Source of the DNA: Gemmatimonas sp.
GTDB taxonomy: Bacteria; Gemmatimonadota; Gemmatimonadetes; Gemmatimonadales; Gemmatimonadaceae
Direction of reading: 5' to 3'
Assembly: GCA_965279375.1 (NCBI GenBank)
Contig: OZ257156.1
Location: 2,688,001 to 2,752,000 of the forward strand
DNA: 64,000 bases
Both the position numbers and the translations under genes were made by a program. Every line of letters begins with the position of its first letter. The stretch's first letter is position 1. Shown piece by piece: positions 47,990 through 62,700 of this stretch. The notes beneath the pieces were generated by a model. The model did no database searches and was not told where the DNA came from. It saw only the letters and a list, made by a program, of their open reading frames with translations.

Positions 47990-49023
47990 GGCGTGATGTG
48001 CTGAGGGAGGATGGGCTGCTTGATGCAGGCGACGAAATGGCCGGGCGCCTTTGCTTCGAGCGTGGGGACGATGCGCGTGCAGGCTTCGTCCTTGGCGGGA
48101 TGCGGGCAGCGCGGATGAAAGACGCACCCACTCGGCGGATTGGCGGGGCTTGGCGGTTCGCCGGGGAGCAGGATGCGCTTGCGCGTGGACGTGGGGTCGG
48201 GGACCGGCACGGCGGAGAGCAGCGCCTGCGTGTACGGCATCATCGGATTGGCGAACAGCGCTCGACGCGGCGCGAGTTCGACGATCTTGCCCAAATACAT
48301 CACCGCCACGCGATCGGCCATGTGCGAGACGACGGCAAGATCGTGGGCGATGAAGAGGTAGGCGAGACCGCGATCACGCTGCAGATCGCGTAGCAGGTTG
48401 ACGACTTGTGCCTGCACGCTGACGTCGAGCGCAGAGACGGGCTCGTCGCACACGATGAACGACGGCTCGACGGCGAGCGCGCGCGCGATGCCCACGCGTT
48501 GGCGTTGACCGCCCGAGAACTCGTGCGGAAAGCGCGCGGCGTACTCGGGGCGCAGGCCAACTTCATCGAGGAGCTTGGCGACGCGCACGTCGGCCGCAGC
48601 TCCTTCGGCGAGTTGATGCACGATCAAGCCTTCCTTGATGGCGGCGCCGATCGTCATGCGCGGATTGAGCGAGCCGTACGGGTCCTGAAAGACGATCTGC
48701 ATGCGACGGCGCATGCGGCGAAGGGATTCTCCCTTGAGGGCGCGGACATCGGTGCCGTCGAATGCAATCGTTCCGTCCGTCGGCTCGACGAGTCGGAGAA
48801 TCGCGCGTCCGGTCGTCGTCTTGCCGCAGCCGGATTCGCCGACGAGTGCGAGCGTTTCACCGGGCGCAACGTCGAACGAGACGCCATCGACGGCCTTCAC
48901 CGCGCCCGTCACGCGTTGTAAGAGTCCGCTGCGAATGGGGAAGTGCTTGGTCAGGTTGCGCACCTGCACGAGCGGCGCAACGTTCGCGCCGTCAGCGCGA
49001 TCCGCGTGGGCGAGACTGCTCAT
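47986..49023 (-). CDS. oppF: Oligopeptide ABC transporter ATP-binding protein (OppF/DppF)
   Basis: [35 protein letters not shown]. Confidence 0.93.
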   Translation of the reverse strand: MSSLAHADRADGANVAPLVQVRNLTKHFPIRSGLLQRVTGAVKAVDGVSFDVAPGETLALVGESGCGKTTTGRAILRLVEPTDGTIAFDGTDVRALKGESLRRMRRRMQIVFQDPYGSLNPRMTIGAAIKEGLIVHQLAEGAAADVRVAKLLDEVGLRPEYAARFPHEFSGGQRQRVGIARALAVEPSFIVCDEPVSALDVSVQAQVVNLLRDLQRDRGLAYLFIAHDLAVVSHMADRVAVMYLGKIVELAPRRALFANPMMPYTQALLSAVPVPDPTSTRKRILLPGEPPSPANPPSGCVFHPRCPHPAKDEACTRIVPTLEAKAPGHFVACIKQPILPQHITP

Positions 49024-50072
49024 GCGGATCGATCCCGTCGATGGCGACGTTCCGGTTCCTGTACGAGATGACAGCGCGCCCGATGCGCCGAGCTGATTTG
49101 CAGCAATGCGGGTTCTTCCATGGCACAGCGTTCGTAGGCGTAGGCGCAGCGATCACGGAAGCGGCAGCCGGTGGGCCAGTCGGTCGGCGGCGGGACCGTG
49201 CCGGGAATCGTCGTCAGGCGATCCTGATCGTCATCGAGGCGCGGAATCGCGGCGAGGAGTCCTTCGGTGTACGGGTGCGACGCGTCGGCGAAGAGTGCCG
49301 CCACCGGCGCTTCTTCCACAACACGCCCCGCGTACATCACGATGACACGCGAGGCCATCTCGGCGACGACACCCAGATCGTGCGTGATGAGCAACAGTGC
49401 CATGCCCGTGCGGCTCTTCATGTCCCGCAGCAACTCGAGAATTTGCGCCTGGATGGTGACGTCGAGTGCCGTGGTGGGCTCGTCGGCGATGACGAGCTGC
49501 GGATCGAGCACGAGCGCCATCGCAATCATCACGCGCTGCCGCATACCGCCGGAGAGCTCGTGCGGATACTGCTTGGCGCGCGTGGCCGGATCGGCGATGC
49601 CCACCTGCGCGAGCATGGCGACGGCGCGTTCCCAAGCCTGCGAGCGCGACGCGTCGGTGTGCACGCGCACCACTTCCGCCACTTGATCGCCCACGGTGAG
49701 GACCGGATTGAGCGCGGTCATCGGCTCCTGGAAGATCATCGCCATGCGATTGCCGCGAATCTGGCGCAGCGCTTCGTCCGGGAGGGTGAGGATGTCCTTG
49801 CCGTCGAAGCGGATGGCGCTCCCCGGCTCGATGCGGGCACTCGGCGGCACGAGGCGCAGGAGCGACAGCGCCGTGACCGACTTGCCGCAGCCGGACTCAC
49901 CGACGACGCAGACGGTCTCGCCGTGCGCGATCGTGAAGCTCACCCCATCCACGGCGCGGGCGATGGCGCCACCGGCGGCGGGGAAGGAGACATGGAGCGC
50001 ACTGACGCTGAGGAGCGGGCCGCCCCCGACGACGGGCACCGGCTGCGAATGGCGGAGTTGAGGCGAAGTCAC
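49020..50072 (-). CDS. oppD: Oligopeptide ABC transporter ATP-binding protein (OppD/DppD)
   Basis: [34 protein letters not shown]. Confidence 0.93.
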   Translation of the reverse strand: MTSPQLRHSQPVPVVGGGPLLSVSALHVSFPAAGGAIARAVDGVSFTIAHGETVCVVGESGCGKSVTALSLLRLVPPSARIEPGSAIRFDGKDILTLPDEALRQIRGNRMAMIFQEPMTALNPVLTVGDQVAEVVRVHTDASRSQAWERAVAMLAQVGIADPATRAKQYPHELSGGMRQRVMIAMALVLDPQLVIADEPTTALDVTIQAQILELLRDMKSRTGMALLLITHDLGVVAEMASRVIVMYAGRVVEEAPVAALFADASHPYTEGLLAAIPRLDDDQDRLTTIPGTVPPPTDWPTGCRFRDRCAYAYERCAMEEPALLQISSAHRARCHLVQEPERRHRRDRSA

Positions 50073-50944
50073 GCGGGAACCTGTGCCGGTGCGAAGAGGT
50101 CGCGCAAGGCGTCACCGAGCCAGTTGCAGGTGGTGACGGCGAAGAGGGTCGCCAGACCGGGAAAGAGTACGAGCCACCAGTGGAGGGCCACCGCGTGCAT
50201 CCCCTCGCGCATGATGCTGCCCCAGCTGACGTTTGGATCCTGCACGCCCAAGCCGAGAAAGCTGAGCCCCGCCTCGAGACTGATGGTTTGCGCCACGGCG
50301 ATCGTGGCGTACACGACCAGCGATGGAATGAGGTGCGGCAGCAGATGTTGGCGGAGCAGGCGCACTCGCCGCACACCGGTGGCTTCCGCGGCCAGCACAT
50401 ATTCGCGCCCAAGTTGTGCCTGAATTTCGCTGCGCACGATACGGGCCAGGTCGTACCACCCCGTGGCGCCCAGCAGCAGCACGAGCTGCGGCACCGTGAG
50501 TGTGTCGGCGAACGCGCTGATCGCGAGCAAGAGCAACAGGCGCGGTAGCGCGAGCGCGACATCCAACGCGCGCATCAGCAGGCGATCGATCATGCCGCCC
50601 GCCATCGCCGCCGTGGCGCCGTATCCCACGCCGATGAGCAACGCGACGAACACGGCGCCCACTGCAACCTGGAGCGAGACGCGAGCGCCCATGAGCACGC
50701 CACTCAGGATATCGCGCGACGCCCCGTCGGTGCCGAAGGGGTGCGCCCACGACGGCGCGCGATTGGAGAGTGCGACGATGTCGGGCTGCACGCGCCATTC
50801 GTACGGCGCCAGTAGGGGCGCGGCCGCGGCAACCAACACCAGCACTGTGAGAAGCACTGCGGGACCACGCAGCGCGCGCCAGGCGTCGCGCTGTTTGAAT
50901 CGCTCTGCTACGCGCCGTGGCGGCACCGCCATTGCTGCACTCAC
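50069..50944 (-). CDS. oppC: Peptide ABC transporter permease (OppC/DppC)
   Basis: HPFGTD...GARVSL, EYVLAAEATG, EAGLSFLGLG; start at GTGA overlap. Confidence 0.9.
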   Translation of the reverse strand: MSAAMAVPPRRVAERFKQRDAWRALRGPAVLLTVLVLVAAAAPLLAPYEWRVQPDIVALSNRAPSWAHPFGTDGASRDILSGVLMGARVSLQVAVGAVFVALLIGVGYGATAAMAGGMIDRLLMRALDVALALPRLLLLLAISAFADTLTVPQLVLLLGATGWYDLARIVRSEIQAQLGREYVLAAEATGVRRVRLLRQHLLPHLIPSLVVYATIAVAQTISLEAGLSFLGLGVQDPNVSWGSIMREGMHAVALHWWLVLFPGLATLFAVTTCNWLGDALRDLFAPAQVPA

Positions 50945-51888
50945 GCTGACCGCGTCCGTGTGCGCGGGTCGAGCCGCTCGCGCAGGAGATCGGCGGCGAC
51001 GGTGGACGCCGTCGTGAGCGCGCTGATCAGCACCACACCCGCCGTGACGAGATCGTAGTCGCGCCCTTCGATGGCGCTGAGCAGCGTTTGCCCCATGCCG
51101 GGCCAGGAGAAGACGCTTTCGACAAAGACCGCACCAGAAATCAGCGACGGCAGCAGCAGCGCGGCGAGTGTGATGACCGGAAGCAACGACGCGCGAACGG
51201 CATGCCAGCGCACGGCGGATTCCGGCAATCCCTTGGCCCGCGCCGTGCGGACGAACGGCAGCGCCACGATGTCGCGCACCGCGGCGCGCTCGAAACGCGC
51301 GATGTAGGCGATCCCCACCAAACCCAGTGCAAGCACCGGGAGCACGACGTGTCGTGCACGATCGTAGAGCGCTTCGCCCCAGCCGCTCGCGATGCTGGCA
51401 TCGGTGGTCATCCCCGACGACGGAAATGGCCACGGCGACAAGAGCAACGCCAACAGCAAGGCAAGGACGAACTGCGGTGTGGAGAAGAGTACCAGAGACA
51501 GTGCAGACCACGCCCGGTCCCGATGCGTGCCAGCGTGCGTCCCCTGCCATGCGCCGAGCAGCACACCACCCACGAGGCTGATCAGGAATGCACACGACAT
51601 CAGCGCGAGCGTGCGTGGCAGCGTGTTGGCGAGCACCTCACCCACGCGACGCTCCTGCGAGGTGGACCATCCGAGATCGCCGCGTGCCGTGCGCTGCACC
51701 CACCGTCCGTACTGTTCGACAAGAGGTCGGTCGAGTCCCAGCTGTGCGCGCGCCGTCGCGCGTACGTTCGGGTCGCGCAGGCCACCGTCGATGTTGCTGA
51801 AAGGATCACCCGGGGCCGCGTGCAGCAGGAGGAATGCCGCACTCGCCGCGAGGACGATGACGAGCAGTCCCTGCGCGGCGCGCGACAC
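50941..51888 (-). CDS. oppB: Peptide ABC transporter permease (OppB/DppB)
   Basis: APGDP, LGLDRPLVEQY, FVRTARAKGL, ESVFSWPGMG. Confidence 0.92.
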   Translation of the reverse strand: MSRAAQGLLVIVLAASAAFLLLHAAPGDPFSNIDGGLRDPNVRATARAQLGLDRPLVEQYGRWVQRTARGDLGWSTSQERRVGEVLANTLPRTLALMSCAFLISLVGGVLLGAWQGTHAGTHRDRAWSALSLVLFSTPQFVLALLLALLLSPWPFPSSGMTTDASIASGWGEALYDRARHVVLPVLALGLVGIAYIARFERAAVRDIVALPFVRTARAKGLPESAVRWHAVRASLLPVITLAALLLPSLISGAVFVESVFSWPGMGQTLLSAIEGRDYDLVTAGVVLISALTTASTVAADLLRERLDPRTRTRSA

Positions 51889-51908
51889 GATCCGGGTGAA
51901 CAGCCCCG

Positions 51909-53585
51909 TCAGGGTTTGCTCCCCGCGGCGCGCTTCAAGGTATCCGAGCGCTGCTCCGTCGAAATCGTCCAGTCGGCAAGGTTGGCATACCAGGCGTCGG
52001 CGCGCAGCGGTGCGTTCTTGAAGCGCTTGTTGATCGCAACGGGCGTCCGCTCTTCGTACAGCCAGAGACCGGGCTGATCATCGATCATGCGTTGCAGCAC
52101 GCGCGTCCACACTTGCGCGCTCGCCACAGGATTGAACGTGGTGAGGGCGGTGTCGAGCAGCGCGTCGAACTCAGGCGAGTTGTAGTGCCCGTAGTTCATG
52201 GATCCACGGCTGCCCCAGACCTGTCCCATTCCGAGTCGGCCCGGAGTCACGCCGAACGCGCTGACGAAGCTGTCGAACCGGGACGAGTCCGCGCGCTGGC
52301 CGATCACAGCGCCGGGCAACACACGCACGCGCACCTCGACGCCGAGAGGCCGGAGTTGCTCCTGCATCAACACGGCGTAGCGCTGGCCGGCCATGCTCGA
52401 CTGCATGGCGAGCATTTCGAATGAGAGTGGCTTGCCGTTCCGTCGGCGCACGCTGTCGCCTGCGGCCAGCGTCCACCCCGCGGAGTCGAGGAGCGCGCGC
52501 GCCGCGGCGGGGTCGAACGGCAACTGCTTCAGCGCGGCGGTGTCGGGGATCAGCACGCGCGGTGTGGGCGCGAGCGCCGGAGCGCCGAGTGTGTCGAACA
52601 CGTTGCGGGCCATGCGCGCACGATCGACCGCCATCGCCAGCGCGCGCCGCACGCGTACGTCGCCAAAGATCGGGTGTGGCTCGGACGTGGCGCCCGCGCG
52701 CAGGTTGAGCGCGAGGTAGCCGTACTTGAGCGGATGCGCCGATTCGAGGCGCAGAGCGGGTGCCCGCGCGACATCGGCAAGATTTTCAGCGCGGATGGCC
52801 TCGTAAAAATCGGCCTCGCCATTGAACAGGCGGAGTGTGGCGGCCGCATGCTCCGTGGTGAAGGAAAAGATCACGTGATCAAGCTTGGCACGAGTGCGAT
52901 AGTTGGCGCTGTCGGCGTCGAGCTGCAGACGAACTGCCGGCTCCCACGACGCGAAGCGAAAGCGCCCGGTGCCGATGGGGTGCCGCGAGAATGCCGACTT
53001 CGCAAGCGTTGCCTTGCTGACCGTGTCGAGCAGATGCGATGGCAGGATGTACATGTGGTACGTCGCATCGAAAAACTGGTGCGGAAGGCGACGCTTGAAC
53101 CAGAAGACGGCGGTGAGCGAGTCCCGCACGGACACCGAGTCGATGTTGCCGAGCAGCGAACGTGTGTCGGAGTTGACGCTGTCGGAGGTGTAGGCCTCGA
53201 AGGTGAAGCGAACGTCCTTTGCACGCACCGGCGCCCCGTCGTGCCAGCGCGCGAGCGAGTCGAGGGTGAACGCGATCGAGAGCGAATCGGCCGCCCAGGC
53301 CCAGCGCGCGGCGAGGCGCGGTGTGTAGCCGTGGTCACCCGTGACCGAGAGCGAATCGCCGATGTTGGCGAGTCGATCGAAGACCGCGTCGACGATCGGA
53401 GCGCCCGCGGTGCTGCTCAGCGACGGCGGAAACAGCGTGTTCGGCTCGGCGGGCTGCACGACAACCATCGTGCCGCCGACGTCGCTCGCGGAGGGCGTCG
53501 GCCTTTTTTCGCGGCAGGCGATGGCCAGCAGCAGCACGGTAGCCAGTGCGGTTCGCGCGGCCGCGCGCGAGGCGGTGCGGGTCAT
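51909..53585 (-). CDS. oppA: Peptide ABC transporter substrate-binding lipoprotein (family 5)
   Basis: Lipobox AIAC, RWHDGAPVRAKDVRFT, PIGTGRF, DVRVRRALAMAVDR; start uncertain. Confidence 0.9.
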   Translation of the reverse strand: MTRTASRAAARTALATVLLLAIACREKRPTPSASDVGGTMVVVQPAEPNTLFPPSLSSTAGAPIVDAVFDRLANIGDSLSVTGDHGYTPRLAARWAWAADSLSIAFTLDSLARWHDGAPVRAKDVRFTFEAYTSDSVNSDTRSLLGNIDSVSVRDSLTAVFWFKRRLPHQFFDATYHMYILPSHLLDTVSKATLAKSAFSRHPIGTGRFRFASWEPAVRLQLDADSANYRTRAKLDHVIFSFTTEHAAATLRLFNGEADFYEAIRAENLADVARAPALRLESAHPLKYGYLALNLRAGATSEPHPIFGDVRVRRALAMAVDRARMARNVFDTLGAPALAPTPRVLIPDTAALKQLPFDPAAARALLDSAGWTLAAGDSVRRRNGKPLSFEMLAMQSSMAGQRYAVLMQEQLRPLGVEVRVRVLPGAVIGQRADSSRFDSFVSAFGVTPGRLGMGQVWGSRGSMNYGHYNSPEFDALLDTALTTFNPVASAQVWTRVLQRMIDDQPGLWLYEERTPVAINKRFKNAPLRADAWYANLADWTISTEQRSDTLKRAAGSKP

Positions 53586-53659
53586 AGCGGTCGGAAAGAG
53601 GTCGTCGAACGGTCTGTTGCGCATGGACGGCACCGGCGGGGTACGATGCGGAGTGTGGG

Positions 53660-54616
53660 TCATCGGCGCCAGAGCCATTCAGGGCTCTCGACGTCACGTT
53701 CGGCGTGCGATACTCGGGCGAGGAAGGAGGGTGCTGTCGGGTCGAACAGCGCGAGGCTGCCGTGCGACGGCACTTTCGCGATCAGTGTACGCTCCAGCGT
53801 TCGCTCCAGCGCCTGCTCCAGAGCCAGAACAACGGTGCCCCACGTGGGCGTGTCCCGCGCGGCCCGAGCACTCCATTCGCTGAGGCTCGCGGCAGGCGGC
53901 AGCGCGTCGGCCGATGCTCTGGCGGGCTGACACATCGCGCTCAGCAGCCGCGGTTGATCGTCGTGCAGCAGGATGCTGCCGTGCTGCAGGTAGGCGCCCC
54001 CTTCGCGCCAGACCGAGCTGCCGACCAGCTTCGCGCCGTGAAGCATGATTTCCCCCGCCGAGGGCAGGGCAAAGCAGAGAGGCCCGTCTGGACGCGTCGC
54101 CGCCGTGCTGTCGTCGGCAACGAGTGTGGCGGGCACGCCCAGCTGGCGCAGCGCATCGAGCAGGATGCGATTGACCGCGTCGTAGGCGTGTCGCCAAGGC
54201 ACATTCGTGGGGAGCGGCATGGTGACGCTGTACGTGACCTCCCTCGCGTGCAGCAGGGCGCGACCGCCGGTGGGGCGGCGCACGACGTCGAGTCCTGCCG
54301 CAGCGACGGAGGCCGCGTCGAAGCGGCCGCGCACCGACTCGTTGCGGCCGAAGGAGATCGAGGGGCGCTCCCACGCATAGCACCGCCACACCCCCTCCTG
54401 CTCGCCCTGCGCGCGGGCCAGCAGCGCGAGATCGATGGCCATGTTCTTGGCTGCGCTCGCGGGCTCCGACCGCCACGTCCGCCAATGCCGCGGCAGCGCG
54501 TCGATGTCGCTCTGCTCGACGCCCGTGGCAACGCGCGGTCCGGACTGGGCGGCGTTGGCCGGCGCCCGGTGATCTGGTGGCGCGGGAGGATCGATCGGTC
54601 GAAGGTTGGTAGGCAC
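53660..54616 (-). CDS. Lipoate-protein ligase family, LipM-type octanoyltransferase
   Basis: C-terminal part of the 1084-aa ORF: NMAIDLALL, VRRPTGGRALLH, PLCF, KLVGS, LQHGSIL; start uncertain. Confidence 0.85.
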   Translation of the reverse strand: MPTNLRPIDPPAPPDHRAPANAAQSGPRVATGVEQSDIDALPRHWRTWRSEPASAAKNMAIDLALLARAQGEQEGVWRCYAWERPSISFGRNESVRGRFDAASVAAAGLDVVRRPTGGRALLHAREVTYSVTMPLPTNVPWRHAYDAVNRILLDALRQLGVPATLVADDSTAATRPDGPLCFALPSAGEIMLHGAKLVGSSVWREGGAYLQHGSILLHDDQPRLLSAMCQPARASADALPPAASLSEWSARAARDTPTWGTVVLALEQALERTLERTLIAKVPSHGSLALFDPTAPSFLARVSHAERDVESPEWLWRR

Positions 54617-54766
54617 GGCGGTTAAGTTTACTGCCGGGTCACGATCAAGGTCGTGGCCGACGTCGCAGCGCGCACCGGTTCGATATCCACGAGCGGACCG
54701 TGTGCGCACCTCGTTCCGATACCCGACGCAATTGACCGGGCGGCAGCCCGATCTTCGAGGATGGTC

Positions 54767-57655
<2,889 letters not shown>

Positions 57656-57671
57656 TCTCGGCGGAAACGCA

Positions 57672-57713
57672 AACGGGGCGACGGAGATCTTCTCCGTCGC
57701 CCCGTTGTTCTTT
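57672..57713. terminator. Terminator between convergent gcvP and gcvH
   Basis: AACGGGGCGACGGAGA-TCT-TCTCCGTCGCCCCGTT followed by a T-rich tail. Confidence 0.85.
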
Positions 57714-57722
57714 CCGTCCCCC

Positions 57723-58109
57723 TTACTCGCCGAGCTGCGCCTTGTATTCGTCGGCGGTCATGAGGCCGGCGTCGCCGTTGGGTGCCAGCTTCACCTTGAT
57801 CATCCACCCGCCTTCGTACGGCTCGGTGTTGATGAGCGCGGGCTCGCCATCGAGACGCGCGTTCACTTCCACCACTTCGCCCACGACGGGCATGAACAGT
57901 TCGGAGACGGCCTTTACCGCTTCTACGGTGCCGAAGACGTCGTGCGCGCCGTAGCTGCTGCCGACCTTGGGCAGCTCGACAAACACGATGTCACCGAGCT
58001 CGCCCTGTGCGAAGTCCGTGATGCCGATTGCCACGACGCCCGCGTCTGCGGTTGTCTTGACGTATTCGTGGTCCTTCGTATAGCGCAGGTCGCCGGGGAT
58101 ATTCGACAC
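57723..58109 (-). CDS. gcvH: Glycine cleavage H protein
   Basis: YTKDHEY, GITDFAQGELGDIVFVELP, EAVKA lipoyl lysine. Confidence 0.97.
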   Translation of the reverse strand: MSNIPGDLRYTKDHEYVKTTADAGVVAIGITDFAQGELGDIVFVELPKVGSSYGAHDVFGTVEAVKAVSELFMPVVGEVVEVNARLDGEPALINTEPYEGGWMIKVKLAPNGDAGLMTADEYKAQLGE

Positions 58110-58112
58110 GAT

Positions 58113-58739
58113 TTACTCCGATGGTGTTGGAGGAACGGAGACGGGTAGTGACTGCATGGCATGCCAGACATCGGCGACACGCACCGCAAGCTGCTCACGT
58201 GAGCCGTCGTTGTCGATGACCCAGGTGGAAGCGGCGCGCTTTTGAGCGGACGGCCACTGGGCGTCGATCATCGCCTGCGCCTCCGCTTGCGGAAGATGGC
58301 GGTCGTGCATCAGCCGGGCGAGCCGGAGGGGCACGGGCGCATCGACGAGGACGATGCCGTCGAAGGCGTGCTCCAGCCCGACTTCGAAGAGCAGCGGGAT
58401 GTCCGAGATCACGACGGCGTCGCCGCGGGCGCGGGCGGCGGCCAGCCGTTCGTCACGCAGACGGCCTACCGCCGGATGGACGATGCCATTGACCACATCG
58501 CGTGCAGCGGCGTCGGCAAAGACTCGGCGCCGAAGGGCGGCGCGGTCGATCGTCCCGTCCGGCAACAGTACGCCGGTACCAAAGTGCTCGACGACGCGCT
58601 CGTGGCCGGATGTGCCGAGCGCCACGACCTCGCGTGCCAGTACGTCGGCATCGATGATCGTGGCGCCCATGGCCGCCAGCAGGGTCGAGACGGCGCTCTT
58701 TCCGCTGGCGATGTTGCCTGTGAGGCCGAAGTGACGCAT
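58113..58739 (-). CDS. coaE: Dephospho-CoA kinase
   Basis: GLTGNIASGKS, IDADVLAR, IVHP, DIPLLFE. Confidence 0.96.
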   Translation of the reverse strand: MRHFGLTGNIASGKSAVSTLLAAMGATIIDADVLAREVVALGTSGHERVVEHFGTGVLLPDGTIDRAALRRRVFADAAARDVVNGIVHPAVGRLRDERLAAARARGDAVVISDIPLLFEVGLEHAFDGIVLVDAPVPLRLARLMHDRHLPQAEAQAMIDAQWPSAQKRAASTWVIDNDGSREQLAVRVADVWHAMQSLPVSVPPTPSE

Positions 58740-58792
58740 CGCCGAAAGCTAGGGCGAGGCGTTTGGGGGCACTACCCCGCGTGGTGCCGTGC

Positions 58793-59608
58793 TTAGGCGG
58801 CCACGCTCTCCGTCAGGTCGTCTTCGTGGCTATCGATCTGACGGCGCTTCTCGCGATTGACGAGCAGCTCGGAGATCACCCAGCTCGCTCCACCCTTGAC
58901 GCGAATCTGGTGTGGCGTGCACCCCAGGTAGCGCTGGCAGGTGTTGCGGAAGGCGCTGCCCGACGGGAAGTCGAGCGCACTGGCCACACCATCAGCAGAC
59001 CGCGAGCCGTCCTCGAGCATGCTGGCGGCGACGATCAGTCGTCCCCACGTGAGCAGCTGATGCGGCGGCGGCAGCTGCGCGCCTTCGAGTCGCTTCGAGA
59101 GCAGGCGACGGGAGACCGCGATCAGACGGGCGAGGCTGTCCGGCGTGAGGCGCTCGTGCGCCCTCGTGACCGACAGCATGACGGCGTCTCGCACCACACT
59201 GCGCAGTCCGGCCAGATGCGGCTTGAGCAGACTGGAGACGCTGCGCGCTTCGGCCTGATCGAGCAGTGCGGCGAGCATCGTCGGTGTGTCGGTTTCTTCC
59301 GCAACCACCAGTACATCGATGCCGCAACGACCGGCGTCGAACATGTCCTTGGCGCGTTCGCGTGTCACATCGACGTATGCGACCAGCGCCGCGCGCGGCA
59401 CACGCACACGCAGCTGTCGCACGCGTTCGAAATCGGCACGACCGTCCACGTACAGATCGAAGACAACCACATTGATCGGGCCCCGTTCACAGGCACGCGT
59501 CAAGGAAGTCCAGTCTTCGCACGGCACGAAGCGATACCGATCACGCGCGGCGCTACGCAGCCGGGCGAGTCGGGGTTCGTGCGCCAAAAGCGTCGCGATT
59601 ACGCCCAT
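58793..59608 (-). CDS. AraC-type HTH regulator with receiver-like N-terminus
   Basis: VVFDLY; C-terminal VASALDFPSGSAFRNTCQRYLGCTP AraC signature. Confidence 0.8.
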   Translation of the reverse strand: MGVIATLLAHEPRLARLRSAARDRYRFVPCEDWTSLTRACERGPINVVVFDLYVDGRADFERVRQLRVRVPRAALVAYVDVTRERAKDMFDAGRCGIDVLVVAEETDTPTMLAALLDQAEARSVSSLLKPHLAGLRSVVRDAVMLSVTRAHERLTPDSLARLIAVSRRLLSKRLEGAQLPPPHQLLTWGRLIVAASMLEDGSRSADGVASALDFPSGSAFRNTCQRYLGCTPHQIRVKGGASWVISELLVNREKRRQIDSHEDDLTESVAA

Positions 59609-59745
59609 GCGACAGTCACTGTTGGAGAGAGGGTTGACAACGAAAAAACCAGTTCGTGGAAAAGACGCACCCACTCGGAATGCGTCACAGCGTGTCACAA
59701 CGGGCGTGGTTTCCAGCGGGGCGTGATGCAGGCGCGGGCGTGCAC

Positions 59746-62700
59746 GTGACCCCACCGCGCGATACCTTGCAGCAAGATCATCGTCCTTTCTACGTGACGG
59801 ATTCAGCCCGCCTAGTGACTGCTCCACGTACCGCAGAGCAGAGTGCTCTCCTTGAGGTCGCCTTCGAGACGACGGACAGCGTGAAAGCGTTGCTCGCGCT
59901 CGATGGCACGTTGCTCGAGGCGAACGTGCGCGCACAGCAACTCGCTGCTGAGCCACTCGATGCACTGGTGGGTCGTCCGCTCTGGGAAGCGCGCGGCGTT
60001 CGTGTACTTGAAGGGCTGTCGGCGTGGCTGCAGGAGTCGTGCGGTCATGCGGCGGCGGGCGAAACCTCAACCCGCGTGTCGCAGCCATTTCATCAGGCGG
60101 ACAGCGAGCGGTACATGGATCTCTCCATGCGACTGGTAGAGGCCACGCCGAGGACAGCGGCCTTCGTGCTCCTGGAAGGGCGCGACGTGACAGCGCGCGT
60201 GCAGTCGCAGCATGCACTCGAAATGCGCGAGCGCAACGTGCGCCTGCTGACCGATCACATGCACGAGCTGCTGTATCTCGTGCGCATCGAAGCGGCGGGG
60301 GTGTATCGATGCGAATCGGTCAACCCGGCGTATCTCGCGGTCACGGGAATGCGCGAAGATCAGGTCGTCGGTCGCACGCCCGAGGATGTGTTGCCGCCCG
60401 ACGCCGCAGCGTTCGCGATTGAGCGGTACGAGGCGGCGATCGCGGCCGGCGAGCCGATCACGTACCGCGAGGACGTCACGCTGCCGACAGGCCGCGTTGT
60501 GGTGGAGACCTGTTTAACCCCGGTGCGCGATGTCACCGGCACGATTACGCACCTGCTGGGCCTCGCGCGCGACGTGACGGCCGAATCGGCCGCAGAGACG
60601 GTGGTGCAGGCGGCAGAGGCGCGCTTCCGCGCGGTGGCGGAGGCCGGGCTCGATGCCTTTGTGATGGTTCGCGCGGTGCGTGCAGCGGATGGGTCCGTGA
60701 GCGACTTCACCGTGGTGGATGCGAACACCCGTGCGGCGAAGATGGCCGCCGTGGAGACGTCGGCGTTGTCCGGCGCGTCGCTGCTGGAGGCGTTTCCGTA
60801 CAGTCGCGACACGGGGCTTTGGGAGGAGTGTTGCACGGTGCTGGTCACGCGCAATCCGCTCGAGAGTACGCGCTTCGCGCCATTGCCCGATCGCAGCGAT
60901 CGCTGGGTCCAGCGGCTCATTGTGCCGATCGAGAACGGCGTCGCCATCTCCTCTCGCGATGTCACGCGACAGCACACCGAGCAGCTTGCCCTCGAGGCGA
61001 GTGAAACGCGCCATCGCGAACTCTTCGAGTCGAACGGCGCCATTCAGTTGCTCGCGGACGCCGAAGACGCTCGCATCCTCGACGTCAATCCGGCGGCGGA
61101 ACAGTTCTATGGCTGGCCGCGCGAGACGATGCGCTCGATGCTTGCGACGGACCTCGAGGAGATCTCGCTGGAGGCGTGGCGGGCGCGGACGGGTTCGCTC
61201 GCCGTCGGCACCGGCGAGCGTCAGCTGCGCGAACATCGTGTGTCGAGCGGCGAGCATCGGCAGCTCGATACCTTCACCAGTCTGCTGCGCATCGCGGGCC
61301 GGCGGGCAGTGCACGTGATCGTGCAGGATGTGACCGATCGCGTGCGCGCCGAGGCGCAGCTGCGCGAATCGGAAACGCGGTTTCGAGCGGTCGTGTCGAG
61401 CATGCGCGAAGGCGTGGTGGTGCACGACGCAACGGGAGCGATTCGTCTCTGCAATCCGAGCGCCGAACGTATTCTCGGATTGTCCGACGCACAGATGCGC
61501 GGCCTCGAGCCGATCGACGGGCCGTGGCTCACCACTCGCGGTGACGGGTCGCCGTGGCCCACCGACACTCATCCGGCGATGCTCGCGCTGCAATCGGGCG
61601 AAGTGCAGCCGCGAACGGTCATGGGCGTGCAGGTGGGCGAGTTGCCGCCGCGATGGCTGTCGGTGAGCGCCGCGCCGCTTGCCCGTGCGGGCGATGCCAA
61701 GCCGTACGGCTCAGTCGCGGTCTTCTCCGACGTGACGGACGAACGCGAGGCACAGGAACGACTGCAGCAGGCGCAGAAGCTTGAAGCTGTCGGCCAGCTT
61801 GCCGGCGGTATCGCCCACGACTTCAACAACCTCCTCACGGTCATTCGCGGTGCAGCGGGATTCCTCGGCGAGTCGCTGACAGCCGATTCTCCGCTCCTGG
61901 GCGACGTGCGGTCCATCGAACGCGCGACGGAACGCGCGGAAGAGTTGACGCGGCGTCTGCTCGCCGTCGGGCGGCGTCAGTTGCTGCAACGGGTGCGCGT
62001 CGACCTCAACGACCTGTTGCATGAGCGCGCGGATGCGCTGCGTTCGAAAGAACTCCCCGGCTTGTCGGTGCAGCTCGAACTCGCGGCAACGCCGGTGATT
62101 GCGCTGCTCGATCGCACAAAGCTCGTGGACGCGCTCAACATGGTCGTCGAGAACTCGATCGCCGCGATGCCTGACGGCGGCACGTTGACGTTCGGGACCG
62201 CTATCGAAATGCGTGAGCGGCAAAGCGCGGGTAGCGTGAAGAACGTCGCGGAGCCTTTCGTCGTGCTGCGCGTAACCGATACCGGCGTGGGCATGCCCGA
62301 GGAGGTACGCCAGCGTCTCTTCGAGCCGTTCTTCTCCACGCAGCCCTTTGGCACGGGACGCGGTATCGATCTCGCGTCGGTGCACGGGCTGGTGTCGCAA
62401 TCGAAGGGATTCATCGAGTGCGAATCGGAGCCGGGCATCGGCACCACGCTGCGTCTGTACTTCCCGCAGGGAGCGCCATTGCGCGAGGCACGCGTCGACC
62501 CGCCTCGCAGCGGTGTCGTCAAACCGTCGCGCTGTGTCCTGGTGGTGGATGATGACGCGCTGATTCGCGACTTCGCGAAGCGGTCGCTGCAGAAGCTGGG
62601 CTATCCCGTGCTCACCGCCGAATCCGGCGCCGACGCGTTGGCGATGCTTGCCGCGAGCGGCAGCGTGATCGCGACGCTCGTCACTGACCTCACGATGCCG

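Noticed and set aside
54617..54766. Glycine riboswitch upstream of gcvP
   Set aside because: Hairpins are present, but the conserved GGAGA/CUCUCAGG aptamer motifs were not found
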